A stretch of 64,000 nt of DNA from Octopus vulgaris (lineage: Eukaryota). The notes beneath the pieces were generated by a model, which was not told the DNA's origin, made no database searches, and was given only the letters and a program-made list of their open reading frames with translations. The DNA lies in contig OX597815.1 in NCBI GenBank assembly GCA_951406725.2, positions 120,466,001 through 120,530,000 of the forward strand, written 5' to 3'. Shown here piece by piece: positions 25,755 to 40,187 of this stretch (the first letter of the stretch is position 1; every line of letters begins with the position of its first letter). The position numbers and the translations under genes were made by a program.

Positions 25755-26926
25755 TATTTGTCACGTGTATATTGCTTCTTCATCAAATTTGGTCAACGCT
25801 TAAAAAACATCACTAGTAAGACGTGACACTACTATTATGGCGGCGCTGCAATTAGTTTTATGGTCCTGAAATACAGTGATAAATGATTCTATTTCCCACC
25901 CCAAATAGTCAAACTACATTTTATATATCAACAATTCGCCTTTCATTACTTTTTATCTCTTTTATTTCCTCTTTCTATATTTATTTTCTTTCTTTCTCAT
26001 TCTTTTCTTTTTCGCTTTTCTTCTTTGCTTTCTCTTTGTAACTTTGTTGTTATTTTTTCCCTACACCTTTCATTCATCCTCTCGCTCTGCTCTGCTATTT
26101 CTTTCCTTTCTTTTTCTTCCTCTGTTGTTTTTTTTTTTGTTTTTTTTTTTCTCGTTTCTTTTCTATCCCACCCACACTTCGTCGTTCTTTCCTCCATTGT
26201 TTTCGAACTCCAGCATGAGAGAAAATATTGTTATTAAATCTTAATGTTTCAGTTTCCCAATCATCACGTTCTCAGCCTCGAGTTATTTTGTAATAATAAT
26301 AACAAATATCGTAGATTTTTTGGCTACGGTTTGTTTTCTTTGTCTTTCCTCGTATGTGATTAACTTTATGGTTGCTTTTTTCACTGATATTTTTTTTATA
26401 CATATTGCTTGAGACAAATCCAGGGATTCTTGTTCTGCAACATTTTATGTGACTCTCGCTCTTTTTCCATCTCCCTCTTTCTCTCCCTTTCGTTGTTCTA
26501 TGGGTTCTTGAATATTGTTCTATTTATTTCTACCTATTATTATATTCTGTTAATTCCACGGGGTCATCTATTCATTCATGGTTCTACTTAACGTCTGCAT
26601 GTCGCTGACACTATTGAAGCAATCCCGATATATCATTCCTTTATGGCTACGTCGGGCTCATAAAACAGAGCAAATAGGACGGGTTAGCACCATTAAAAAA
26701 TTCTGGTTTGGTAGCAAATACCGATATCCTTTCATTGTGTGGGTGTCTATGTGTGAATGAGTGTGTGTGCGTATGTGTGTACGTACGAAAGTGTGTATTA
26801 TCTACATTATATAGTGTTACTAGCGACGTTATTTCTTAGTTATTCTTCCATTGTTTTCTTAAGCACTACTACAACAGTGTCGCGCGCGCAGATACACTCA
26901 CATGCATGCATTATATCTATCTATCT

Positions 26927-26966
<40 letters not shown>

Positions 26967-26977
26967 ATATACAGATA

Positions 26978-27142
26978 GGCGCCGGCGTGGCTGTGTGGTA
27001 AGAAGCTTACTTCCCAGTCACATAGTTTTGGGTTCAGTCTTACTGCGTGGCACCTCGGGCAACTGTCTTCTACGATAGTCTCGGGCCCGACCAAAGACTT
27101 GTGAGTGGGTTTGGTAGACGGAAACTGAAAGAAGCCTGTCGT
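26978..27142 (+). mobile_element. SINE family A, 5' half
   Basis: GGCGCCGGCGTGGCTGTGTGGTAAGAAGC...GGTTCAGTC...GGTAGACGGAAACTGAAAGAAGCC. Confidence 0.85.
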
Positions 27143-27208
27143 ATATATATATATATATAAAATGTATATATATTTGGAGTGCTTTGGAAATTCCTTGATA
27201 CAGTTATA

Positions 27209-27478
27209 ATATTTGGAGAGAAGATTTTTTTTCTCAAAGAGATAAGACTGAGAAAAGAACGTGTTTCAGAAACTTGAAAGGCACTAACTTTTGGGAAGAG
27301 ATTTCACAAAATGTGTGTGGCTTTTGCTTTTATAGATGTGCAAGCGCTTTCAGTTCTGAACGTTTTCAAGCACTGCTTGAAAATGTTAAGAACTGAAAGC
27401 GTTTGCACATCTACAAAGGCAAAAGCCACACACATTTTGTGAAATCTCTTTGAGAAAAATATCTTCTCTCCAAATATA
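27209..27478. repeat. Long near-perfect palindrome (fold-back)
   Basis: 27296-27450 is symmetric about 27373; outer arms 27209-27242 and 27445-27478. Confidence 0.9.
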
Positions 27479-27479
27479 T

Positions 27480-27815
27480 ATAAAGGAATACCAAAAATGA
27501 GACAAGAACGCAAAACATCCAGGCAAATTATACAAAAAAGGGACAACAAAACATCCATGTAAACGATACAAAAAAAAACAACTAGGACGGGTCATTCGGA
27601 GTTTTCTTTCTTCAGTCGAGTTCCAGATTATCGTTGCAATTTCGGCTGCTTATACTCTAGATTGCTCCAATCTGGCTAGCCCCAAGGAGAAACTAAGCTA
27701 AGAGCACTAGATTCCTTGAAAGAAATCAGTGAATGTATACGAAGACAAGGACGGAAAAAACGCAGAAATGGTACACAAATACAAATGCAAATAAAGGACA
27801 TTAACAGCAGGACGA
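27480..27815 (-). mobile_element. Diverged relative of the 23853-24656 element
   Basis: Minus AATCTAGTGCTCTTAGCTTAGTTTCTCCTTGGGGCTAGCC...CAGCCGAAATTGC...GACTGAAGAA. Confidence 0.65.
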
Positions 27816-27897
27816 ATTAAATTAAGCTGGCGTATGTATGGTATGTATGTATGTATGTATGTATGTATGTATGTATGTATGTATGTATGTATGTGTC

Positions 27898-27929
<32 letters not shown>

Positions 27930-27999
27930 TGTATGTATGTATGTATGTATGTATGTATGTATGTATGTATGTGTCTATGTGTGTGTGTGTCTGTGTTTT

Positions 28000-28245
28000 A
28001 GTCATGCTGGGGCAACTCCATGAATTTTTAGTCGAATGAATTAACCCCAGAACTTATTTTTGTAAGTTTGGTACTAATTCGATTGGTCTCTTTTCCCGAA
28101 TCGCTAAGTTACGGTGACACAAACACACCAACACGGATTGTCTAGAGGTGTGGTGGGAGGACAAACACAGATACAAAGGCATATGCACATATATACTTTA
28201 TATATATACATATACATATATAAATATATATATATATACACGACA
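28000..28245 (-). mobile_element. SINE family A, 3' half
   Basis: CATGCTGG...ACCCCAGAACTTAT...CGCTAAGTTACGG...GACAAACACAGA. Confidence 0.7.
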
Positions 28246-28503
28246 GGTGTGTGTATGTATGTATGTATGCATGTATGTATGTATGTATGTATGTATGTAT
28301 GTATGCATGTGTGTATATGTGAGTGCCTAAATAGTTGTATATGTCAGCTCCACCGGTTGACAGTTTATGTTGATGAGTTAGCGTCTTCGTAATTTAGCGG
28401 TTTGAGCGGAAGAGACTGATAAAATACGTACCAGATTGAAAAAAAAATACTAAAGAGAGAGAGAGCGAGAGTGAGCGAGCAAGATGGAGAGAGAGAGAGA
28501 GAA

Positions 28504-28552
<49 letters not shown>

Positions 28553-29077
28553 CAGAGGGAGAGTGGAGCGGGGGAGGGATGGAGATGAAATATCGACTGA
28601 TATTTTATTCATCCCGAAAGGATGTAAAATTAAATTTGAAATGATTGGTATTTGAACATAGATAGTATAAAAAAAGGTAGAGGAATAGTATACGGTATTT
28701 TATCAACGCTTTAGCAACTTCGCGCGTGTGTTAGTGTATATGTGTGTGTGTATGTATATGCATATACATAATACACACACCCACAAAAACACACATGCAT
28801 ATATATACACGTACATGACGAAAAAGAAGACGTTAAAATAAATAAGTAAATACATACATACACACACACACATATATATATAAATGTATATATATATACA
28901 TTTATATATATATGTATATACAAAAGCTTTTTATATATTTTTTTAATCAAATAAAAACAAAATAAGTATATGTGTGTACATGTATGTGCAGACATTTTAT
29001 CTTTTTTATTTAGGATTTCGAAGCTTCGAAAGGCACGCTAAATTCTAAGCTATGAAATAGGCAATTAAGGACCCGCA

Positions 29078-29404
<327 letters not shown>

Positions 29405-29449
29405 TTCGTTTATCTTCGTTTATAACATGTAGAAGAAACTAAGAAGGCT

Positions 29450-30300
29450 GAATGTGTGCTGTTTGAGACTTCTTCAGAAGAAAAGACTTTTGCTGAATGA
29501 TATCGAGTCACTTAGTACAGATAAAGCTGCTATCAGTTTATCTAGGTTTTCTGAATTGCAATTATACGAAGTTCTACTTGATAATTACGAATATTATGAA
29601 CTGTATTCTTCATTTGGCGGTTGCGGTTCGTGTAGGGTAGCAATGGTGATTTAGAAAGATCTAATCATTATAGTAGCATCTATGTTTGTTTCCGGGGCTT
29701 GATTAGTCACAGTGGACATTTGTGTTAATAATAGAGAGGCCTTGAGGCTTGTAGCCTTTTATGTTCCCTACCACAAGCGTTTAAAGATATTGGCTGAAGT
29801 ACTCATAAAAAGGTGGCATTTATTTTCGGTGGGAGTGTGGCTCTGACACAAACATGTAAATTTCCAGGCAGAGTGAACAAGGACAACCTCACAATCCACT
29901 ATGAAGAGAATAGATACTAAATGCGGTTTCGGTGGTTCTTTGATTAATTTCGATCTATTCATATCTTTCTACAGGTCAAACTATCTGTACCTGTCCCGAC
30001 AATATACTGCAGTTAGGTAGTTCCCATACAAGACCACTCTGTACAACTACATATTTTGTAGTTAATGCATCCTGCAAAGTACCATTCATTGACATTGCTT
30101 AGAGCTAGTTGATCCTGTTCAACAAAGGTTATTCACTCTCATTGCTTTTATTACCTAAGGAAAGTTTACTGGAAAGTTTTAGTGTTTTGAAGGCAATTGG
30201 TATGTAGAATACATAAATATGGACGATGTCATGTTCTTGCTGTCGGACCCTTGGTAATGGAACGGATGCAGAATAAACTGGGATACTATGAGCATATAAC
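29450..30300 (+). pseudogene. Highly decayed Tx1/L1-like ORF2 (APE endonuclease region)
   Basis: LLLNDIESLSTDKAAIS..RFSE...YSSFGGCGSCRVAMVI*KDL...LVTVDICVNNREALRLVAFYVP parallels the APE at 42414-42770; KVYWKV near 30160 resembles the G.GYWKLN motif; 3' limit uncertain. Confidence 0.6.
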
Positions 30301-30759
30301 TGAAAGAAAGGTAAACCAAGACAAGCCAATATACCTGCGTCTTAGAAGCTGGAAAGTTAAGTCGATACAAACGGGTGCCTATTGTTGAAACTTACCCCTA
30401 GAAATGAGCCCAGAGCAAAGAAAATATGCATTTTTTGTGACAAAGTTTTCCCTCGGCAAGAACATCTGACGGAGCTGTAGACATCGGTGAACATGTGGAA
30501 ACTGGAATGTTGCAAGTATTTACAGAGTTCTAACGACTAGACTATCGTCTTAAGAAAACCACGATCCTAGTATACTATAGAGAATTAGTGACGGACATGA
30601 AAGAGGACGGCTACGATTAAGCTGGGCAAAAACAACTTGCTGCACAGACTCTTTCGAAGGACATTCAGATGGGTATGGAGACGCTTTTAGAAATCTGTGT
30701 CTTGGCAGTGCAAAAGAAACATCAGTTAGCTGTGAAAAACACTAGCAGCTGAATATATC

Positions 30760-30807
30760 ACAACCACCACCACCACCACCACCACCACCACCATCATCAT
30801 TATCATT

Positions 30808-30853
<46 letters not shown>

Positions 30854-30954
30854 GCCTCCTCATCATCACCCTCTTCTTTCTCCTCCTCCTCCTCCTCCTC
30901 CTCCTCATCATCATCATCAGCATCATCATCATCATCTTCATCATCATCATCATC
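30760..30954. repeat. (CCA)n/(CAT)n/(CCT)n compound trinucleotide repeat
   Basis: Direct inspection. Confidence 0.95.
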
Positions 30955-31165
30955 GGCCAACTGGCAGAATCGTTAGCATGCTGGGTAGAATCCATAGCGT
31001 AATTTCGTTCGTCTTTACGTTCTGAGTTCAAATTCCACCGAGGCCGATTTTGCATTTCATCATTTCGAGGGTCGGCAAAATAAGTACCAGCTGAGCACTG
31101 GGGTCGTCGTAACCGACTTATCCCCTTCCGCGAAATTGCTAACCTCGTGCCAAAATTTGAAACCA
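30955..31165 (+). mobile_element. SINE family B
   Basis: CTGGCAGAATCGTTAGC...GTTCTGAGTTCAAATTCC...AAATAAGTACCAGCTGAGCACTGGGGTCG...GTGCCAAAATTTGAAACCA. Confidence 0.85.
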
Positions 31166-31185
31166 TTATTATTATTATTATTATT

Positions 31186-31382
31186 GTTCTATATTTAAGA
31201 GATGAGGAATTATGTACATTATTTACATTATTTACATTCGACGGATATTTGTCCTCATCTTCTTTGTTGTCAACACAACGTTTCGGCTGATATACCCTCC
31301 AGCCTTCTTCAGGTGTCTTGGGGAAATTTCGAACCTGGGTTCTCATTCCTAAGTTATTTTTCGATGTTGCTGTTGTTGTTAC

Positions 31383-31434
<52 letters not shown>

Positions 31435-31515
31435 GTTCAGGTCACTGCTTGGAATCGAACTCGGAATCTTGGGGTTAGTAGCCCGCGCTCTTAACCACTA
31501 CGCCATATGCCCGTG
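31186..31515 (-). mobile_element. tRNA-headed SINE-like element with internal (AAT)n and a hammerhead motif
   Basis: Minus A box TGGCGTAGTGG (31495-31505), B box GAGTTCGATTCC (31451-31462), HHR 31272-31317; same 3' end (ATAGAAC) as the 7224 copy. Confidence 0.85.
31272..31317 (-). ncRNA. Minimal type I hammerhead ribozyme motif
   Basis: Minus GACAC-CTGAAGA-AGGCTG(GAGGGTATAT)CAGCC-GAA-ACGT-T-GTGTT: stems I and II pair, palindromic ACGU stem III, GUU site. Confidence 0.75.
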
Positions 31516-31726
31516 GGCAGTGAACTGGCAGAATCGTTAGCCGAGGCAAAATGCTTAGCAATATTTCTTCCGACAATTACGTTCTGAGCTCAAATACCGC
31601 GGGATCGATTTTTGCTTTTGATCCCTTCGAAGGTCGACAAAATAAGTACCAGTTGAATACTGGGGTCGATGTAATCGGCTTCCTCCACTCTCCGAAATTG
31701 CTGTCTCTGTACCCAAATTTGAAATA
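31516..31726 (+). mobile_element. SINE family B
   Basis: GAACTGGCAGAATCGTTAG...AAATAAGTACCAGTTGAATACTGGGGTCGATGTAATCG. Confidence 0.85.
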
Positions 31727-31734
31727 TTCACCAT

Positions 31735-31750
31735 TATTAGTAGCAATACC

Positions 31751-31815
<65 letters not shown>

Positions 31816-32009
31816 ATGATCCGAGCAAAATCCTGTACGTTTTTGAACAAATATTTATTTCAATTGCGCCTAGGTTTCTTTTAATTGGTTTGCTGAGTCT
31901 GTGACATATTTAGTAAGAAACAGGTGAACAGCATTGTTTATAGAATGTTTCTCTTCTGAAGAATAATGTTTGACAATTGTTGTCGTAACACGTTCTTAGA
32001 AACGGTTGC

Positions 32010-32041
<32 letters not shown>

Positions 32042-32490
32042 AAGTTGCTGTTGTTGATGTAACAGCAGCAGCAGCAATAGTAATAGTAGTAGTAGTAGTG
32101 TAGTAGTAGTAGTTGTAATGGTAGTAGTAGTAGTAGTAGTAGTAGTAGTTGCTGTTGTTGATGTAACAGCAGCAGCAGCAATAGTAATAGTAGTAGTAGT
32201 AGTGTAGTAGTAGTAGTTGTAATGGTAGTAGTAGTAGTAGTTGTAATGGTAGTAGTAGTAGTAGTAGTAGTTGCTGTTGTTGATGTAACAGCAGCAGCAG
32301 CAATAGTAATTGTAGTAGTAGTAGTAGTAGTATTTGCAGTAGTAGTAGTAGTTGTAGTAGTAGCAATGGTGTTTGTGATGGTGGTAGTAGTAGTAGCAAT
32401 GGTGTTGGTGGTGGTAGTAGTAGCAGTTGTTGTTGTTGAAGCAGCGCAGTAGCAGTGGTGGTGATGTGGTGGCAGTAGCAGTCGTTATAG
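31735..32490. repeat. (TAG)n/(CAG)n/(TTG)n arrays with three higher-order repeats
   Basis: GTTGCTGTTGTTGATGTAACAGCAGCAGCAGCAATAGTAAT at ~32044, 32148, 32270. Confidence 0.9.
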
Positions 32491-33128
32491 TTGTAATAAT
32501 AGACTCATACAGGGGGGGGACTGGTTACCATCTTTTATTGGGAAAGAAAGAAATAAACGTTAGGGCATGTAACAGCAATCGTTTTGCTGGGTGAAAAAGA
32601 AAAGAAAAAGGGGACGACCGCACCAGTAAGGAAGAGAGGAGAGGGACTACTAATACAAGAGAAACAAGAGCGGTACTAGTAATAATAGAAATGGCAAAAG
32701 CGGCTGTACTATTACCATTATCACCACGAGAACCAACACCAAGCCAACGAAAAAGCATTTACCTAGCTATTCTGCATACAAGCAATAACAGCCAAATCTC
32801 CCCCCAAATTACACCTTATCATTTCAAAAACAGAATAGCGTAGATAAATAAGATGAGATTGTCGTGGTCGGAAAGCTTTGGAACTTAGGTCTTCATGACC
32901 AGGATTGACCTGCAGATAAGCAAGAACTACAACAAGAAGCGCCAACGATTTTTTACGTGCATCTTCTTGATACACGTAAAAAAAAAATCATTGCTTCCAT
33001 ATTATACAAGATTGTTTGTCTGATATGGAAGCAGAATCATATTTGAATGACTTCAGGTCAACTGACTCTCAACACTGTCTAGTTAACTACACCACTTCCA
33101 AAAATAATAATAATAATAATAATAATAA

Positions 33129-33577
33129 GCAAATATTCTGCTCAATGCCACAGATTTGTTTGTCAGTTGTTTGACCTTAACCAGTTGAGCATGTCCCTTA
33201 GTGGCTGACGATATGTGCATCTCTGATCACGAGCAGAAGTAGTGGGGAAGCATCATAGCTGTGTGTTGAGAGGGATTCTTTAGGGTTTGAATAATTCACC
33301 ACTGGAAACATGGGTGTTTCGTTCAACATCCTTAAACAACCCTTATTCAGGGATCTTTTGAGCAGGATGGGTTACTCGACCAGAAGAAAATTCTAACTGT
33401 GCCCCACCTGCAAGGTCATGTGTTGTTTGTTTTGATATGAGATCACCATGTCGCACACACATGGTTATGATGCATGTGCTTGGTGTACCCTTATCAGACG
33501 GGTAGTCATGATGGGTATACTAGGCTTCGTACATTTTACCCCAGTGCCATTTTGATGGCATGCACTGCTCTCTCACT
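33129..33577 (+). mobile_element. Element E, 5'-truncated (copy 2)
   Basis: Starts mid-element after (AAT)n; same 3' end CTGCTCTCTCACT. Confidence 0.9.
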
Positions 33578-33652
<75 letters not shown>

Positions 33653-33677
33653 GCTACTACTACTACTACTACTACTG

Positions 33678-33732
<55 letters not shown>

Positions 33733-34064
33733 CAACAACAACAAACAAACCCTGTAAATGATATGATTTAAGACTTAAAGTGAACAATGCGGAAACGATA
33801 TTCATAAATATTTAATAATACAATGGACATTTTCAAACAATGGTAAGTATATGAAAGATAATTACAAAAGATTGAGACATTGCAGAAATTTTTAATAGCA
33901 TTAAGCTTTCTAATATTTACATTTGATGTTCATATTGTAAAGAAGTCTGGCCCCGTTTCATTGTTACAAAACCATCTTTCAGACTGTTTTAGGTTTATTT
34001 TTCTCTCGTTAACAATAACTGATGACTGGTCTTTCGGATGCGCGTGTTTTTACCTGCAGACGGA

Positions 34065-35791
<1,727 letters not shown>

Positions 35792-36285
35792 ACAATAAAG
35801 GAACGGCCATAATAGGCCATTCACCTACTAGAAATAACAGCCAAAGCTTCAACCGCAAATAAAAGTCAATTCAGTAAACCAGGAGAAAATTTAAAAACAT
35901 TTACCCTGTAATTTCTTATACGATATACCGTTTCATCTGCTGATTAATGGTAAACTAACCTGATAAAATTAAATCAAGCCAATCTTCCACAGGCCCTCAG
36001 ATTCCTCAGTAAGAAATAGCCCAAGACGGAACAGATATTTTCACGAGGCATTTCCGACGTTGCCAAGTTTATATCTGACCTAAAATTTTCAAATCGTCGC
36101 ATTCGCGCCAAATTTATCGGCAGCAAATAAATATAAGCCGTCGATTCCATTACGGAATTAACCAGAAAATTCATAATTAATCAATATAGGGTGGCAAAAA
36201 AAATAACCGAAGAGATGGTGTTGTGGATTTCCACTTCGGCATCTGAAACTCAGAGTTTTATCTTGACTACCGAGTAATGTAACAT

Positions 36286-36331
<46 letters not shown>

Positions 36332-36911
36332 CAAGCCTGCGTGCTGAGCACCCTACTCTACGGCAGCGAGAGCTGGACAACATACATACATATATATATA
36401 CATATTCGCTTATTACGTTCATAAATTTTAACACATCAATAAATTCATTCTCCTCTATACTGATTTCTTTTTGATCTTTCTAAATGTTTATGCAGTTTTT
36501 CAGTATCCTCGCCAGGAATAAAATCATAGTAAGAAGTGTTTTACTTATCAAGAAGTGTTTTACTTATCAACTAGACATAGATTTGACGAAAGTACAACCC
36601 GACCTTTTCTATTTCTTATTATAATTTTACTGGAGGTTTTGAAAACATTCTTTCTAGCGAAGTATTACTGTAAAACAGCCGGTCTATATTCTAACGAATT
36701 TGGGAATATCAGGTTCATCCGCTGCTTCTTTGCACCAAAATTTGTCAATAGAGATTTCTTCAAGAAATTCATTTCCAATCAAATATTAGCAATCTCTGTT
36801 CCTCTAATTTCGGATTGATCAGCGAAAACGAATGGCTGACCAGCAAAGATGGGCGAGTATGGTTGAAATAAAGCTTTGAGGGAATACTTTAATCTTAGAA
36901 AGATTTCAACA

Positions 36912-37125
36912 GGCGTAGAGAATCACTGAGGAAGTTGGCTTCTCATTTATACACAACTCTGTGTGTGTGAGTTAGCAGGCGGGTGCGCGTTTGTGTATAT
37001 TAATGTTGGCTGTTATGTCACGCTATAATAAACTGAAAGATTATTCAATACTTTTGGTAGAGTACATATTGAGCATACTTTACAGGACGAGTGGTGACTC
37101 TAACTTCGAAATTTCGGCCTGATAG
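36912..37125 (+). repeat. Direct repeat, copy 1
   Basis: GGCGTAGAGAATCACTGAGGAAGTT...GGCCTGATAG recurs at 38615-38856. Confidence 0.9.
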
Positions 37126-38614
37126 ATCTTTGCATGAGTGTCTCAAAATACTTAAATATCGGTTTTGTTCAATGTTTCCTTGTTCTTGGGAAATATGTTG
37201 CTATTTATTTTAAATATAAAATCAATTTTAAACGATACTGACTTTATGGGGAAAATACATTTAAAAATATTAACGCGCATATTTTGTAATTGCATCAACA
37301 AATAACTGGAAGCGCTGTAATAGCTATTGTATAATGTAATTAGCATTAAATGACCACTAACGCAATAAATACCACGTTATTTGCGCTATTAAAATTTAGT
37401 ACTTTGCTTTTATGGACTGGTTTTCCTAAAGTATTGTAATAAACACTTTAATGCCATGCTTATTATTGTATTTTTGCGCTTTGTCTTTCTAAGATTGTGC
37501 ATTCATACTACAATAGGATTTAAAGTTTCTAAGAGAATAGAAAAGAAGGTTTCATTAAATTTCTCTAAATATTTTTATGATTGACCAAAAATATTACTAG
37601 TATAAATTTTGAAATATGAAAATAACTCATTGACCAGGCAAACATTTTTCAGTGACTCCAAAGAAAAGAAAATTGTAACGTTCAATCGTGGAAAGTAACT
37701 ACCAGGTGCAAGTCTGGTACGCCTGTGTATATCTTACTCTGAGATATCTTCAAGAACGATATATACCATCAGCAGGCAAATGATAAACCTCAAATCGAAA
37801 GTACACTTCTTTGTCGCTTTCGCTATATGATATACAGTAGACAATTGATTGTTCCTTTCGAAATGTTCCTTTGAAAATGTCTGATATAATTTTTTCATAA
37901 AATTAAACGCACCATAGATGATTGCGTTAGGTAGGTGGTGGAGTAGCAGCTGAAAAATTAACGGTTCGTACCTCATCACCGACACCGCATGTTATCTATT
38001 ATGAAACATTTAAAAGTCAAATGCTCAGTTTGCTCGACTGCGAAGTAGTTATAATGAGATGAAATTCATTACTCTTATCAGTAGGAATATTGAAAAATTT
38101 ACGAATGTCTAATTAACTGGTGAGTAGGAAATCCTGGAGGTGTTCAAGGAACAGTAGATACAGCAGCTAAGGTTAATGAAATGGTGAACAAAGTCTTACA
38201 AATTGTGGAGAGAAAATGAGGATTTTACGCAAAATGTTGATAGAACGTAGAGAAGATGTTGAAATACAGAGGGTAGCCTGAAAAGCTGAGTGATATATGA
38301 GCCGCAAAGAAGTTTAAAAAATGTGTGGTTTGCATGTTTGTGAGAGTGGTGATTGAAGTCATAGCTTAAACGAAATCCATGAATAATGGCGTAGGGCAAT
38401 GAAAACAAACCCGCAACACACGCGTCAACAGTGATACGCCGCGGGTTTTTAGGTGACACGCGATGGACTTAATCTCCATGCAATATCATGTTAAGAAAAG
38501 CTTATCTAAAAAAATTCCTAAAACTAAGATACTTGTATACATGTAAGTGATACTTGGATTAATTAAAGAAATTAAAGTTTCGACACGCCAGGCTAAAACT
38601 GTTCTCCCTTTACT

Positions 38615-38856
38615 GGCGTAGAGAATCACTGAGGAAGTTAGTTTCTTATTTATACACAACTGTGTGTGTGCATTTGTGTGTGTCTGTGTGTGTGTGAGAG
38701 AGAGAGAGAGAGCAGGCGGGTGCGCGTTTGTGTATATTCGCTTTTATGTCATGCTATAATAAACTGAAAGATTATTCAATACTTTTGGTAGAGTACATAT
38801 TTAGCATACTTTATAGGACGAGTGGTGACTCTAACTTCGAGGTTTTGGCCTGATAG
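38615..38856 (+). repeat. Direct repeat, copy 2
   Basis: As copy 1, with an expanded internal GT/GA tract. Confidence 0.9.
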
Positions 38857-39010
38857 CTTCATCGGACTGTATATGTATGTTTGTGATGTATGTCTGTGCG
38901 TGGGTATGTATATGTATGTGTATATGTGTATGCATGTGTGTGTGTATGTGTGTGTAAGTCTACGTAGTAGATACACAAACATGTCAAATAGATTGAATAA
39001 ATGATTAATG

Positions 39011-39053
39011 GACTTAATCGATTTTCGACACTTATTGACGTCTCATCAGAGAC
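39011..39053 (-). ncRNA. Minimal hammerhead ribozyme motif
   Basis: Minus GTCT-CTGATGA-GAC(GTCAATAAGT)GTC-GAA-AATCGATT-A-AGTC; palindromic stem III, UUA site. Confidence 0.65.
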
Positions 39054-39203
39054 GTCTACATCACTTGACCAATCCCGTTTATACACACATCATGTATTTA
39101 TGTATTCTTTGTAAGCCTAGTATGTATGTATGTATGTATGTATGTATGTATGGTTCACGTGCATACATACATACATACATACATACATACATACATACAT
39201 ACA

Positions 39204-39236
<33 letters not shown>

Positions 39237-39433
39237 CAAAAATAAAATATTTTAGAAATGAATTCATAGTAGATAACCAGGTCATTGGGAAGTAAAACCT
39301 TTCATATATTGCTATTTGATTTGGACTTCTGCTATCTTATAAGACCTAGCGTCAAGCATTAATATAAAAGTTATGGTTTAAGCCTTTTTCTTTGGTATTA
39401 ATTAATTCAACAATGTAATGACTTTGCTACGCT

Positions 39434-39637
39434 TTTTACTCTATTACTTGTTTGTCATGTGACTGTGGCCATGCTGGAGCATCGCCTTCAGTCGAGCAAA
39501 TCGACCCCAGGACTTATTCTTTGTAAGCCTAGTACTTATTCTATCAGTCTCTTTTGCCGAACCACTAAGTTACGGGAACGTAACACACCAGCATCGGTTG
39601 TCAAGCGATATTGGGGGGTCAATCAAAGACACACGAA

Positions 39638-39723
<86 letters not shown>

Positions 39724-39888
39724 TACGACGGGCCTCTCTCAGTTTCCGTCTACCAAATCCACTCACAAGGCTTTGGTCGGCCCGAGGCTATAGTAGAAGA
39801 CACTTGCCTAAGGTGCCACGCAGTGGGACTGAACCCGGAACTATGTGGTTCGTAAGCAAGCTACTTACCACACAGCCACTCCTACGCC
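39434..39888 (-). mobile_element. SINE family A, full length
   Basis: Tail, body, (CA)n(TA)n and head all present. Confidence 0.9.
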
Positions 39889-40041
39889 TGAAAGGCTTTT
39901 GTTAGCATTTCACACAAATCATTATGAAAATGAGATATTACTTCTGATAATCTCTAAGAACTGTTATGGTTGTGCTTATGAATATTTAATTTGCTGAAAG
40001 CTGTTTGAGAAAGTGATTATGTCTGAACAATTACAGACTTC

Positions 40042-40180
<139 letters not shown>

Positions 40181-40187
40181 GATAATA

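Noticed and set aside
32040-32330. Regularly spaced repeats as a CRISPR array
   Set aside because: Spacers are microsatellite; eukaryotic context; no cas genes.
30726-32452. ORFs with poly-M/D/E/V/L/T runs
   Set aside because: Trinucleotide repeats plus SINE sequence.
37640-38320. Possible decayed Tc1/mariner transposase
   Set aside because: Only vague resemblance; no DDE motif or TIRs identified.
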